Shown here: positions 47,379 through 58,448 of the stretch, piece by piece
How the letters are laid out: every line of letters starts with the position of its first letter
Numbering within the stretch: the first letter of the stretch is position 1
NCBI GenBank assembly: GCA_964591445.1
Contig: CAZQAW010000001.1
Location: 14,625-78,624, forward strand
Origin: an uncultured Candidatus Saccharibacteria bacterium
Lineage (GTDB): Bacteria; Patescibacteriota; Minisyncoccia; Phycocordibacterales; UBA9973
Direction: 5' to 3'
Length of the DNA: 64,000 nt
Notes under the pieces: model-generated
Told to the model about the DNA's origin: nothing
Databases searched by the model: none
Seen by the model: only the letters and a program-made list of their open reading frames with translations
Position numbers and translations under genes: made by a program

Positions 47379-48362
47379 TTAGTGCCTAAGTATTTCAATA
47401 TTGACTTTGCCAGACTTTGCTTTAATCCGAACTACGCCACCTACTGGAAAAGTAAAAATTGGTTGGGTGTGGCCAAAATTTGCATCAGCGACAATTGGTA
47501 TATTTTTAGATAATTTTTTTGACTCAAACAAATGCTCAATTTGTTTGATTGTTACTTTTGAATCTTTCTGAAATCTACCTAAAATAATGCCTTTGATAGA
47601 GACACTAGGAAGTTGCAATAAAGATTCAAGATTACGTTCAAACTCAAAAATAGTTTGATCTCCTCCAAAATCATCATCTTCAATAAAAAGAACGACATCT
47701 TGCAGATTGGGCATATACTCTGTACCTTGTAGCAAATTGATAGTTGAAAGATGACCTCCAATCAAGACTCCCTCTGCGGTACCGTTTTGGATAATAGAAT
47801 ATCCTTTGTTTTTTCTAAAAGGATGTCTGCGTTCTCCTATATATTTACTTGGAGTAACATTAAAGAATTCTTCGCTCATCAAGCATTTTTTGAAAAAATC
47901 AAACATGTATTCTATATTATCTTTGTTCTCATCCATACCGAACGAAGAATAATTTGGTCCGATATAAGTTACCAACCCAGTTTTTGCGTATATTGCATTA
48001 GAGAGAACAGTAATATCAGAAAACCCCCAAATTGGTTTAGGGTTTTTTCGAATAAGTTCCCAATCTAAATATGGCAAAAGTGTATTTGCATTATAACCCC
48101 CTCTCACACACGCAATTCCCTTTACTTTTTTATCCCTAAAAGCATCATGTAAATCTTTTACTCTTGAATCAATGGAAGAATTTCCAAATAAATCTTTTTC
48201 AAAAGCATTTTTACTATAGGTAACTTTTAGCCCGAGAAGTTCTTTGGTTCTCTTATCTGCGATTCTTTTTACGGATGCTTTCATTGAAGCAGCTGAACTA
48301 GACGGAGCAATTATCCTTAGTTCATCGCCTGGTTGAATTTTCTCTGAAAAAATAGTTTTCAT
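47379..48362 (-). CDS. S66 peptidase (LD-carboxypeptidase/MccF family)
   Basis: 'IIAPSS', 'RGGYNAN', 'GFSDIT', 'LFIED' and 'FGHT.P' motifs. Confidence 0.92.
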   Translation of the reverse strand: MKTIFSEKIQPGDELRIIAPSSSAASMKASVKRIADKRTKELLGLKVTYSKNAFEKDLFGNSSIDSRVKDLHDAFRDKKVKGIACVRGGYNANTLLPYLDWELIRKNPKPIWGFSDITVLSNAIYAKTGLVTYIGPNYSSFGMDENKDNIEYMFDFFKKCLMSEEFFNVTPSKYIGERRHPFRKNKGYSIIQNGTAEGVLIGGHLSTINLLQGTEYMPNLQDVVLFIEDDDFGGDQTIFEFERNLESLLQLPSVSIKGIILGRFQKDSKVTIKQIEHLFESKKLSKNIPIVADANFGHTQPIFTFPVGGVVRIKAKSGKVNIEILRH

Positions 48363-48377
48363 ATATAGAAAATTGTA

Positions 48378-49658
48378 TTAATCAAAATAATTTTTCAATC
48401 GAATGATCTTTTCGTGGTTGCGAAGCTTGTCGTGGACTTTGGCTTCGATCTGACGAATACGTTCGCGAGTAACTCCGAACTCTGCGCCCACTTCTTCGAG
48501 TGTGTGCTGAATGCCGTCCATCAAGCCGTAGCGCATTTCCAAAATCTTTTTTTCTTTTGGATTGAGCTCGTCGAGCACAGAACGGATCTGGTCTGAAAGA
48601 ATGCGTCGAGACGCGTCCTGGTCTGGGCCAGAGATTTTGTCGTCCGCAATGAATTCTCCGCGAGTAGACTTTTCATCGTCATCCCCGATCGGCTGTTCGA
48701 GCGAAATAGTTTCTTGGTTGATGTTTTCAATCACATGCACTTTTTCAACTTCGATTCCCATTTCAGTCGCGATTTCTTCGGCCAACGGCTCACGGCCCAA
48801 GTCTTGAGACAAACGTCGGACAACTTGTTTATATTTTGAAATCGTTTCCACCATGTGGACCGGAATACGGATCGTTCGAGACTGGTCGGCAAGCGCGCGA
48901 GTGATCGCCTGACGGATCCACCATGTTGCATATGTTGAGAATTTATATCCTTTTGTCCAATCAAATTTCTCTACCGCTTTAAACAAACCAAGGTTTCCTT
49001 CTTGGATCAAATCAAGAAGCGTAAGGTCTGAACTTCGTCCGACGTATTTTTTCGCAATCGAAACCACAAGTCGCAAGTTTGCGCGAGCAAGCAAGTTCTT
49101 GGCTTCCATGTCACCTTTTTCAATGCGTTTTGCGAGGTCGCGTTCTTCGGCTGCGTGAATAAGCGGAAATTGTCCGATTTCTTTAAGATAAATTTGGATC
49201 GAGTCGTATGCAGCCTGGTCTTTGCCAAGTTTCAAATCTTTTTCAGGAGCAGAAACATCGAGCAAGTTCCCGCCTTCGAGTACGTCTACTCCGGCAACGG
49301 AAAGCATTTCATAGAGCTCGTCCAAGAAAAGAATATTGTTTTCGATGTCTGGAAATGTTTTTAAAATTTCATCATAAATAACGAAGCCACGCTTTTTGCC
49401 TTTTGTTACCAATTCTTCGGCCTTCTTTTTAAGTTCTTCTTCTTTCTTTTGCTTCGAAAGTTTCGGAGCTGATTTTGCAACAACCTTTTTAGGCACTGGT
49501 TTTTTGACTGGCTTTTTAACAGATTTTTTGGTTGCAGGCTTTTTTGTTTTTGCAACCTTTTTTGAAGCTGGCTTTTTCTTTGGCGCAGACTTGCGAGACG
49601 GTGATTTTTTCACCGGTTTTTTGGACTTCGTATTCTTTTTTTGTTTTTTATTTTTCAT
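48378..49658 (-). CDS. rpoD: Primary sigma factor with Lys-rich N-terminal tail
   Basis: '[13 protein letters not shown]', '[14 protein letters not shown]' and '[10 protein letters not shown]' motifs. Confidence 0.96.
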   Translation of the reverse strand: MKNKKQKKNTKSKKPVKKSPSRKSAPKKKPASKKVAKTKKPATKKSVKKPVKKPVPKKVVAKSAPKLSKQKKEEELKKKAEELVTKGKKRGFVIYDEILKTFPDIENNILFLDELYEMLSVAGVDVLEGGNLLDVSAPEKDLKLGKDQAAYDSIQIYLKEIGQFPLIHAAEERDLAKRIEKGDMEAKNLLARANLRLVVSIAKKYVGRSSDLTLLDLIQEGNLGLFKAVEKFDWTKGYKFSTYATWWIRQAITRALADQSRTIRIPVHMVETISKYKQVVRRLSQDLGREPLAEEIATEMGIEVEKVHVIENINQETISLEQPIGDDDEKSTRGEFIADDKISGPDQDASRRILSDQIRSVLDELNPKEKKILEMRYGLMDGIQHTLEEVGAEFGVTRERIRQIEAKVHDKLRNHEKIIRLKNYFD

Positions 49659-49666
49659 ACTCGACG

Positions 49667-51367
49667 TTACGATTCTATTGATAATGATTCCAATTGGTTC
49701 TTTGTTGTTCGAATGGTGTGGAGGAGCTCGTCGCTTTTCGCCTTGTCTTTAGCAGATTCTGCAGCGTGGAATTCATTCATAAGCGCGGCGAGTTTGTCTT
49801 TTAAAAGTTCTCGTTCGAGATTTCGGAGCAGTGCGTCTGTTTCTTTGGCAATGTCGCGGTCTTTGTACACAAGTTCTGTTTCAAAAATAAGCGTGTTTGA
49901 TTCGGGGCTGTCAGTCGGCGGACTTTCTTCTCTTTGCAATATGTCGTTTAAAGCTTTTTCAATCTTTACAGCAAGCTCGCTGTCGGTCGTTTTTTTCCAC
50001 AAAGCAATACCTGTCAGCGCTTTGATAATTCCTTCTTTGCGATTAACTTCGGTGGGAACAAGTGCTTCGCGAATAGTATGCACGACGTCCGGTTTCGGAA
50101 TGCGACGCAAGTCTTCGGCAACAACTTCTTCACCAACACCAAGCTTTCGCGCAAGAAGCGAAATAAAGTGTGCTCGATCGATTGCGCTTTTGAGACGTGC
50201 AACATACGGGAGCACTCGTGTAGTCACTTCTTTCTTGAACATGCGGTCGTCAGTCGTCGCTTCGCGAAGCACTTCGGTATACATTTCGATAAAATGTTTT
50301 GGATGTTTCAAAGCGTCCCGCCATTTACTTTCGTCTTCCTTTATCATATCTGCCGGGTCAACTCCTTTTGGCATGCGGATGACTGATACATCCATCCCTG
50401 TTTCATACGCGAGACCGACAGCACGTTCTGAAGCTTTCATGCCCGCTTGGTCTCCGTCAAAACAAAGCACAAGCGAATCGGTAAAGCGTTTCAACATAGA
50501 CAGATGATAACTCGTCAGTGCTGTTCCAGAAACCGCAACTGCTTCGTTCGTACCGGCTTGGTGCGCAAGCACCAAATCCATTTGTCCTTCGACAAGCACG
50601 GCGCGGCGTTCGCGAGCGATCGCTTGCTTTGCCTTGTCGTAACCAAACAAAATACGAGATTTGTTGTAGACGATCGTCTCCGGAGAATTCACATATTTTG
50701 CAACAGTTGGATCAGCACTTGTGTCTCCAAAAATTCTTCCGGAGAAACCGACAACTTTGCCTTGCGGATTCATGATTGGAAACATGATGCGGCTGCGGAA
50801 ACGATCGTAAAATCCTTTTTGACTTTTGATCGAAAGCCCGGCTTTTTCTTGTACGTCTTCGGAAATTCCTTTTGACGAAAGAAAAGTCGAAAGATTGCGC
50901 CAGCCATCCGGAGCAAAACCAATACGGAAAGATGCTATCGATGCATCGCTCACACCACGTCCTCGCACGTACTCTAAAGCGTCTGGGAATTTTTGAAGAA
51001 CAAGTTCGTAATACTTCGTAGCAAGTTCGAGTGCTCGATACACCTGCGTGTTATCCGGCTCTTTTTCACGATGGACATTTCCTTCTTTGGGAATCACGAC
51101 ACCGGCTCGATCTGCGAGCTGCTTCAAAGATTCTGGAAATGTCAGACCTTCGATGTCTTGAATGAACGTAAACACGTCGCCACCTTTTCCGCAGCCAAAA
51201 CAATGGAATGTTCCTCGCTCGGGTGATACAAAAAATGATGGAGTCTTTTCGTTATGAAACGGACATCGCCCGCGCATGTGAAGCCCAGATTTTTCGAGCT
51301 TCACATAAGGCGAAATCACGTCAACGATAGACAAACGCTCTTTGATTTCTTGTACGGGTGAATTCAT
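49667..51367 (-). CDS. dnaG: DNA primase
   Basis: '[11 protein letters not shown]...CFGC', 'KYVNSPET', 'VEGQMD' and 'FDGD.AG' motifs. Confidence 0.96.
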   Translation of the reverse strand: MNSPVQEIKERLSIVDVISPYVKLEKSGLHMRGRCPFHNEKTPSFFVSPERGTFHCFGCGKGGDVFTFIQDIEGLTFPESLKQLADRAGVVIPKEGNVHREKEPDNTQVYRALELATKYYELVLQKFPDALEYVRGRGVSDASIASFRIGFAPDGWRNLSTFLSSKGISEDVQEKAGLSIKSQKGFYDRFRSRIMFPIMNPQGKVVGFSGRIFGDTSADPTVAKYVNSPETIVYNKSRILFGYDKAKQAIARERRAVLVEGQMDLVLAHQAGTNEAVAVSGTALTSYHLSMLKRFTDSLVLCFDGDQAGMKASERAVGLAYETGMDVSVIRMPKGVDPADMIKEDESKWRDALKHPKHFIEMYTEVLREATTDDRMFKKEVTTRVLPYVARLKSAIDRAHFISLLARKLGVGEEVVAEDLRRIPKPDVVHTIREALVPTEVNRKEGIIKALTGIALWKKTTDSELAVKIEKALNDILQREESPPTDSPESNTLIFETELVYKDRDIAKETDALLRNLERELLKDKLAALMNEFHAAESAKDKAKSDELLHTIRTTKNQLESLSIES

Positions 51368-51402
51368 GGGGATAATAGAACCGCACACATTCACTTACTT
51401 TA

Positions 51403-54400
51403 TTATTCGACTACTTCTTCAACTTTTTCTTTACGAATTTCTTTGTTTCGGAAACCTGTTCCAGCTGGGATCAAGCGGCCGATGATAACGTTTTCTTTCA
51501 AGCCTCGGAGCTTGTCGACACCACCACGAACGGCGTTGTTGATAAGCACACGGTTTGTGTTTTGGAATGACGCTGCAGAGAGCCAGCTTTTCGTTGTAAG
51601 AGAGACCTCTGTGATACCAAGCAAGATCTGTTCTCCCTTTGCTTCCTCACCGCCTTCTGCTTTAACTCGGTTATTTTCTTCGATCAATTCTGTATTTTCT
51701 ACGATTTCACCAACAGAGAAGAGCGTTGTTCCCTGTTCTTTGATGCGCTTTCGAGAAAGCATTTGTCGAATGATGATTTCGATGTGCTTTCGAGAAATAG
51801 ACGCGCTCTGAAGTTCGTACACTTTCTTGATTTCGCGAATAATGTAATCTTCTGCAAGTTCTCGTCCGCCGAATTTGAAAATTTCAGAAATATCTGCAGA
51901 ACCGTCTGTGATGATCTGGCCTTTTTTGATATCTTCGCCAACTTTGACAAACACTGTGCGTCGAGCTGGAACGGTATATTCAATAGTGTTTGATTTTGCA
52001 TCACCTTTCGTGTCTGAAATAACAACGATCGTTACGTCCTTGCCGTCATTTCGGATTTCAGAAACTTTCGCGTCTGTTTTTGAAACGATAGCTGCGCTCT
52101 TTGGAGTTCGTCGTTCAAATATTTCTTCGATACGAGGAAGACCTTGCGTAATGTCGACTCCGGCAACACCTCCGGCGTGGAAGGTTCGAAGCGTAAGCTG
52201 TGTTCCAGGTTCACCGATCGCTTGCGCGGCAATGATTCCCACCGCTTCACCGAGGTCGATAAGTTTGTTTCGTCCAAGGTCAAGACCGTAACACATCTGA
52301 CAAATGCCGTGCACTGTCTTACATGTAAGCGGAGTTCGAACGAAGACTTCTGTAATACCTTTGTTTTCGATCATCTGCGCGTCTTCTTTTGTAACCAAGT
52401 ATCCTTTCTTAAATACAACATTACCTTCGTTATCTTTCAAATCTGCTGCAAGTACGCGGCCGCGGACATTTTTAGAAATTGGAATTTCAATACCAGAAAT
52501 GATTTCTTTCGTCATTGTCTTTCCTTCTTTTGTTCCACAATCTGCTTCGGTGATAGTCACATCTTGAGACACGTCAACGAGACGTCGTGTCAAATATCCA
52601 GCGCGAGCAGTGTTCAAAGCCGTGTCGGCCAAACCTTTACGCGCACCGTGAGTAGTAATGAAGTATTCAATCGGAGAAAGTCCTTCTTTGTATGAAGGCA
52701 CAATCGGGAAATCGATAGTTCGTCCTTGAGTGTTGACGATAAGACCTTTCATACCTGCCATCTGTGTAAGGTTTGAAAGAGATCCTCGAGCTCCGGATTT
52801 GATCATGTCTTCGACAGAACCATTTTTCTCGAGTGTTGCAGGAAGAGTTTTTTCGATTTCGATTTTGATGCCGTCCCAGATTTCAATAATCTTTCGGAAG
52901 CGTTCTTCGTCAGAAAGAAGTCCTTCGTTGAATTGACCAACGATTTCTTCTTCCATCTTGCGTCCTTTCGCAATGATAGATTCTTTTTCTTTTGGAACAA
53001 CGACGTTATCGATTCCCCATGTAATACCAGACTGAGTGACGAATTTGTAACCGAAGTCCTTGATCTTGTCGAGGATTGCGGGAGTTGCGTCGATACCGTA
53101 ATGCATGATGAGTTCGTCAACGAGCGCTGAAATACGCTTCTGGCTCATTTCTTCGTTCAAGTATGGAAGATCTGCCGGAAGAATACTGTTGAACATAAGT
53201 CGTCCAACTGTTGTTTCAAATGGCTTGCCTTGAAATTGCGCATACTTCACTTTGTCTGTGCCCATGACTTTGATTTTCGCGCGGAAAGAAACTTCGCCGA
53301 AGTCATAGGTTGTCATCGCTTGGTTCGGATTTGAGAAGAATTTTCCTTCACCTTTTTCACCTTCAATGATCTTCGTCATCCAGTAACAACCAAGAGCGAT
53401 GTCGAGAAGTTTGACTGATACGATCGGGTCGCCGTTCTGAGGCTTGAGCAAGTTCTTGTTTGCCGCCATTAAAGTGCGAGCTTCATCTTGAGCTTCAACT
53501 GAAAGCGGAACGTACACCGCCATTTGGTCTCCGTCGAAGTCAGCGTTGAAGGCAGAACATACGAGCGGGTGAACCTGGATAGCGTTACCTTCGATCAAGA
53601 TCGGATTGAAAGCTTGGATACCAAGTCGGTGAAGCGTCGGCGCACGGTTCAAAAGAACGTACTTGCCTTCGATCACTTCTTCGAGTATCGCCCATACTTC
53701 CGGAACTCCTTCTTCGATGAGCTTGTTTGCACCGCGAATGTTGAATGCAAGTTCGCCTGCAAGGATCTTTGAAATGACGAATGGTCGGAAGAGTTCAAGC
53801 GCCATGTGCTTTGGAAGTCCGCACTGGTTGAGCTTGAGCTGAGGACCAACGACGATCACTGAACGTCCAGAGTAGTCAACGCGTTTACCGAGCAAGTTCT
53901 GTCGGAACAAACCTTGTTTTGATTTCAAGTTGTCAGACAAAGATTTGAGCGCACGTCGCTGTGACTGGCTCATCGCTTGAGAGTCGCTTTGGTTGGTGAT
54001 TGAGTTGTCGATCAACGCGTCCACTGCTTCCTGGAGAATACGCTTTTCGTTTCGAAGGATCACGTCCGGAGCGCCGATTTCTTTCAACTTGCGGAGACGG
54101 TTGTTTCGGTTGATCACGCGTCGGTACAAGTCGTTGATATCTGAAGTTGCATGTCGTCCGCCATCAAGCGCGACCATCGGTCGGAGCGCTGGAGGGATGA
54201 CTGGAATGACAGTTAAGAACATCCATTCTGGACGAATTTGTGAGTGGATCATTGCTCTAATAAGCGCCAAACGCTTCTGAAGCTTTTCGCGTTCAAGAGA
54301 GCTTGCTTTTTCAAGCATTTTTTCTGTTGCAGCTTTCAACTTTTCAAGGTCGAGATTTTTGAACAAGTTGTAAATTGCTTCTGCGCCGATGTTCGCTTCG

Positions 54401-55026
54401 AAACATGTTCCGTATTTCAAAGAGAAGTGATGGAATGAAATTTCGTTCAACACTTTTCCTTCGTAGATATCGTTGATTTCTTTCTTTGCGGCAGCCAAAA
54501 GTTCTTTCAACTTTTCGCGAGTTTCTTCGTCGTTTGTTGATTTTACTTTTGATTTGTATTCAGTTTCGATGTTTGAGATGATTGAAGCTTTTTCTTCTTC
54601 GTGAACTTTTGTGATGATGTAACCGGCAAAGTACACAACCTTTTCAAGGTCGGTGATTGGTATATTGAGCAAGCTCGACATGCGAGATGGCACGCCGCGG
54701 AGGAACCAGATGTGCGCAACCGGACTTGCAAGCTCGATATGGCCCATGCGTTCACGTCGAACGATAGAGCGAGTAACCTCAACTCCACATTTTTCACAGA
54801 CGATATCTTTGTATCGGATGCGTCGGTATTTTCCACAGTAACATTCGTAATCTTTTTCCGGACCGAAGATCTTTTCGTCGAAGAGCCCACCGCGTTCTGA
54901 ACGTCCTGTTCGGTAGTTGATCGTTTCAGGCTTTGTCACTTCTCCATAAGACCATTCGCGGATGCGGTCCGGTGAAGCAAGCTTGAGCGTGATTGAATTG
55001 AAATCTGTTGTATCAATTGTTTTCAT
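51403..55026 (-). CDS. rpoC: RNA polymerase beta' subunit
   Basis: 'NADFDGD', 'GKRVDYSGRSVI' and 'EPGTQLT' motifs. Confidence 0.98.
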   Translation of the reverse strand: MKTIDTTDFNSITLKLASPDRIREWSYGEVTKPETINYRTGRSERGGLFDEKIFGPEKDYECYCGKYRRIRYKDIVCEKCGVEVTRSIVRRERMGHIELASPVAHIWFLRGVPSRMSSLLNIPITDLEKVVYFAGYIITKVHEEEKASIISNIETEYKSKVKSTNDEETREKLKELLAAAKKEINDIYEGKVLNEISFHHFSLKYGTCFEANIGAEAIYNLFKNLDLEKLKAATEKMLEKASSLEREKLQKRLALIRAMIHSQIRPEWMFLTVIPVIPPALRPMVALDGGRHATSDINDLYRRVINRNNRLRKLKEIGAPDVILRNEKRILQEAVDALIDNSITNQSDSQAMSQSQRRALKSLSDNLKSKQGLFRQNLLGKRVDYSGRSVIVVGPQLKLNQCGLPKHMALELFRPFVISKILAGELAFNIRGANKLIEEGVPEVWAILEEVIEGKYVLLNRAPTLHRLGIQAFNPILIEGNAIQVHPLVCSAFNADFDGDQMAVYVPLSVEAQDEARTLMAANKNLLKPQNGDPIVSVKLLDIALGCYWMTKIIEGEKGEGKFFSNPNQAMTTYDFGEVSFRAKIKVMGTDKVKYAQFQGKPFETTVGRLMFNSILPADLPYLNEEMSQKRISALVDELIMHYGIDATPAILDKIKDFGYKFVTQSGITWGIDNVVVPKEKESIIAKGRKMEEEIVGQFNEGLLSDEERFRKIIEIWDGIKIEIEKTLPATLEKNGSVEDMIKSGARGSLSNLTQMAGMKGLIVNTQGRTIDFPIVPSYKEGLSPIEYFITTHGARKGLADTALNTARAGYLTRRLVDVSQDVTITEADCGTKEGKTMTKEIISGIEIPISKNVRGRVLAADLKDNEGNVVFKKGYLVTKEDAQMIENKGITEVFVRTPLTCKTVHGICQMCYGLDLGRNKLIDLGEAVGIIAAQAIGEPGTQLTLRTFHAGGVAGVDITQGLPRIEEIFERRTPKSAAIVSKTDAKVSEIRNDGKDVTIVVISDTKGDAKSNTIEYTVPARRTVFVKVGEDIKKGQIITDGSADISEIFKFGGRELAEDYIIREIKKVYELQSASISRKHIEIIIRQMLSRKRIKEQGTTLFSVGEIVENTELIEENNRVKAEGGEEAKGEQILLGITEVSLTTKSWLSAASFQNTNRVLINNAVRGGVDKLRGLKENVIIGRLIPAGTGFRNKEIRKEKVEEVVE

Positions 55027-55041
55027 ATATATGTTGGAGTA

Positions 55042-58000
55042 TTACTCTTCTGACTTTTTAGAATTGCGCAGGTCGACATCGAGCGCAAGACCTCGGAGAT
55101 AGTTCAACATCACAGAGAATGATGCTGGAGCATTCGGAGATTTGATTTCCTCACCTTTGATAATAGAATCAAACGTCGCACTTCGTCCCATGATATCGTC
55201 AGACTTGATCGTGATCATTTCTCGGAGAGCGTGAGCGGCGCCGTATCCTTCAAGTGCCCACACTTCCATTTCTCCAAATCGCTGACCTCCACCGTGAGCT
55301 TTACCACCGAGCGGCTGTTGCGTGATAAGAGAGTAAGGACCGATACTTCGCATGTGAATCTTGTCTTCCACCATGTGGTGCAGTTTCAAAACATACATGT
55401 ATCCGACTGCAATGTCTTGTTCAAACTTGTCGCCAGTTCGTCCGTCGTAAAGAGCGATCTTGCCGTTTTCTGGAAGCCCAGCTTTGACAAGTTCTTCTTT
55501 GATTTCATTTGTTGTTGCACCAGAGAAAGTCGGAACAATAGCCTGGTAGCCGAGCGTGTGCGCAGCCATACCCAAGTGCATTTCCATGATCTGACCCAAG
55601 TTCATACGAGATGGCACGCCGAGCGGAGTCAAAATAACGTCAATCGGAGTTCCGTCTGCCATGTATGGCATGTCTTCTTCTGGAAGCACAGTAGAGATAA
55701 CACCTTTGTTTCCGTGTCGTCCAGCAAGCTTGTCTCCAACTGAAATATTTCGGATCTGTGCAACTTCGATCACAACTTTCTTGATGATGCCTGATTCCAA
55801 AGTGTGTCCTTGGTCGCGAGAGAAAATCTTGACCCCAATAATGCGTCCTTTCTTTCCGTGTTCCATGCGTAGAGATGTGTCTTTAACATCGCGAGCTTTT
55901 TCAGCAAAGATAGATCGGAGCAAGCGTTCTTCTGGAGTAAGTTCTGTTTCGCCTTTCGGTGTAATCTTTCCAACCAAAATATCGTTCTCACGGACTTCTG
56001 CACCGATGCGGATGATACCTTCTTCGTCGAGGTCTTTCAACTTCGCTTCACCAACGTTCGGGATATCGCGAGTTGTAACTTCCGGACCAAGCTTTGTATC
56101 TCGGACAGCACAAGTGAATTCTTCGATGTGGATAGAAGTAAATTTACTATTTTTTACAAGTCGTTCTGAAAGGATGATCGCGTCTTCGTAGTTGTTTCCG
56201 CTCCAAGACATGAACGCAACGAGCACGTTCTGACCCAAAGCAATCTGACCGCGGTCTGAAGTTGAAGTATCTGCAAGGACACTTCCCTTTTTCACTTTAT
56301 CGCCAAGGTTCACACTTGGTCGCTGGTGAAATGCCGCGAAGTTGTTTGTTCGAGAAAATGCAACAAGGTTGTATGTTTTCTTTCCTTTATCATTTGTTAC
56401 AACGATTTTCTTTCCGTCAACATGAGTAACAACACCCGCCTCTTCTGCAATAATAAGTCGTCCAGAATCTTTTGCAGCGAGTTCTTCCATACCTGTCGCA
56501 ACGAGCGGAGCTTCAGGAACGATACAAGGCTGAGCTTGTTTCTGCATGTTACTTCCCATGAGTGCTCGGTTCGCGTCATCGTGTTCGAGGAATGGGATCA
56601 TTGAAGTCGCGATAGAAAACGCTTGGTTTGCAGCAACATCGATAAAGTCCACCTTGTCACGATCTACGAGACCTGGTTCTGTTTGTCGGCGAGCTTCAAT
56701 TCTTTCTTCAAGCAATTTTCCATTTTCGTCGTAAGAAACTCCCGAGTGAGCAATGTTGTACTTTTCTTCTTCAAGCGCGTTCATGTAGACGATCTCGCCT
56801 GTGATTTTTCCGTTCTTCACTTTTACATAAGGAGTTTCGATAATTCCGAAATCGTTTACGCGAGCATAGACAGACAAGTGAAGAATAAGACCGATGTTCG
56901 GACCTTCCGGAGTGTGGATCGGACATACGCGACCGTAGTGAGAAGTGTGAACGTCGCGCACTTCCAAGCCAGCGCGTTCTCGTGTGAGACCGCCAGGACC
57001 AAGCGCAGAAAGTGTGCGCAAGTGTTCAAGTTCCGCCAAGACGTTTTCTTGGTTCATGAACTGTGAAAGTTGGTTTGTTGTGAAAAATTCTTTGATTCGA
57101 GCCTGAAGTGGCCGCTGGTTGATGATTGCGATCGGAAGCGCAGTTGAAGTGTCGATAGTCGACATGCGGTCTTGGATATTTCGCTTGATCTGTGTCATAC
57201 CAACGCGAATTTTCTGCTGAAGAAGCTCGCCTACGAATCGGACGCGGCGTTGACCCAAGTGGTCGATATCGTCTGCATGTGAACCCGGTGTGTTGTTCAA
57301 CATCACCACGTGCTTGACGATAGTTGCAACGTCTTCTTTTGAAATAGTGCGTCGAGCCATTTCTTTGTCGCCCATGTCGAGTAGGAAACGGTTGTTGAAT
57401 CGGAATCGTCCAACTGGAGACAAGTCGTAGCGTTCAGGGCTAAAAAGAGAATCGATAAATTCTTTCGCGTTGTCCGGAGTTGCAAGATCGCCGTCGCGGA
57501 GACGTTTGTAGATGTCGATATATGCATCGTTCAAAGATTTTGCAGTATCTTTTTCAAGCGCGATCTTCATGAGAGACTGCGTTGTTTCGTCAGAAGCAAA
57601 TGCTTTCAAGATCTGCTCGTCTGTGTGATATCCGAGTACGCGAAGAAGCGCAGTTACAGAGAACTTTCGCTTTTTGTCGATACGGACATAGAGGATGCCG
57701 TCGACGTCTGATTCGATTTCGATCCACACGCCACGCGCAGGGATGATCTTCGCACCAAAATATTTCTTACCTTTTGCTTCAACATCTGTAAAGAAAATAC
57801 CGAAACTTCGCGCAAGCTGAGGAACGATAACTCGTTCAACTCCGTTGATGATAAATGTTCCATGCGCTGTCATCATTGGGATGTCAGACATGAAGATTTC
57901 TTGCTCTTTTGTTCCACCAATCGTCTTGTTCAAAAGTTTAACGCTTGCCTTCAAAGGCGCTTCGTACGAGAGCTTGTTGATCTTTGCATGCTGCTCATCG

Positions 58001-58221
58001 CACTTTGGCTCGCCAAGAGAAAAACCGGAAAATTCAAGCTGGAATTTCTTTGAGGAATAGTCGTTGATCGGAGAAAACTCTTTAAAAACTTCTTTCAAGC
58101 CATGCTCGATGAGCCACTTGAAAGACGCCACCTGTGTTTCAAGGAGGCTCGGGAATTCGACCAATGGTTGCTTGTACTTTGAAAAGTACTTCTTCTCATG
58201 CTTCGTTTTTGCTGGGGTCAT
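55042..58221 (-). CDS. rpoB: RNA polymerase beta subunit
   Basis: 'GDKLAGRHGNKG', 'HDDANRALMGSNMQ' and 'GGQRFGEME' motifs. Confidence 0.98.
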   Translation of the reverse strand: MTPAKTKHEKKYFSKYKQPLVEFPSLLETQVASFKWLIEHGLKEVFKEFSPINDYSSKKFQLEFSGFSLGEPKCDEQHAKINKLSYEAPLKASVKLLNKTIGGTKEQEIFMSDIPMMTAHGTFIINGVERVIVPQLARSFGIFFTDVEAKGKKYFGAKIIPARGVWIEIESDVDGILYVRIDKKRKFSVTALLRVLGYHTDEQILKAFASDETTQSLMKIALEKDTAKSLNDAYIDIYKRLRDGDLATPDNAKEFIDSLFSPERYDLSPVGRFRFNNRFLLDMGDKEMARRTISKEDVATIVKHVVMLNNTPGSHADDIDHLGQRRVRFVGELLQQKIRVGMTQIKRNIQDRMSTIDTSTALPIAIINQRPLQARIKEFFTTNQLSQFMNQENVLAELEHLRTLSALGPGGLTRERAGLEVRDVHTSHYGRVCPIHTPEGPNIGLILHLSVYARVNDFGIIETPYVKVKNGKITGEIVYMNALEEEKYNIAHSGVSYDENGKLLEERIEARRQTEPGLVDRDKVDFIDVAANQAFSIATSMIPFLEHDDANRALMGSNMQKQAQPCIVPEAPLVATGMEELAAKDSGRLIIAEEAGVVTHVDGKKIVVTNDKGKKTYNLVAFSRTNNFAAFHQRPSVNLGDKVKKGSVLADTSTSDRGQIALGQNVLVAFMSWSGNNYEDAIILSERLVKNSKFTSIHIEEFTCAVRDTKLGPEVTTRDIPNVGEAKLKDLDEEGIIRIGAEVRENDILVGKITPKGETELTPEERLLRSIFAEKARDVKDTSLRMEHGKKGRIIGVKIFSRDQGHTLESGIIKKVVIEVAQIRNISVGDKLAGRHGNKGVISTVLPEEDMPYMADGTPIDVILTPLGVPSRMNLGQIMEMHLGMAAHTLGYQAIVPTFSGATTNEIKEELVKAGLPENGKIALYDGRTGDKFEQDIAVGYMYVLKLHHMVEDKIHMRSIGPYSLITQQPLGGKAHGGGQRFGEMEVWALEGYGAAHALREMITIKSDDIMGRSATFDSIIKGEEIKSPNAPASFSVMLNYLRGLALDVDLRNSKKSEE

Positions 58222-58376
58222 ACAAAAAAAACAAAAGACAAGGTAGAGAAATCTACCTTATAATTAAAGGCTATTAAAGTGAACCGTTATTCAATTTTCG
58301 CACGCGAACGTAAAGCTATTACGCTACTAAAGGGTCAGATTGATAAGCCATTACTCAATCTTCAATCGTGATTACA

Positions 58377-58405
58377 ATCCTAGCAGAAATGTATTTTAAT
58401 GTCAA
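58377..58405 (-). promoter_or_regulatory. rpoB promoter TTGACA-17-TAGGAT (extended TG)
   Basis: Minus-strand elements about 155 nt upstream of the rpoB ATG. Confidence 0.55.
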
Positions 58406-58448
58406 ATAAAAACGCCCTGTCTTTATGACAGGGCGTAGATAATAAATT

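Noticed and set aside
49900-49925. Possible palindromic inserts in dnaG (SPPTD) and the VirD4-like tail (21728-21738, NPPE)
   Set aside because: Only half-sites (tccgcc) with no complementary arm and no match to repeats A or B.
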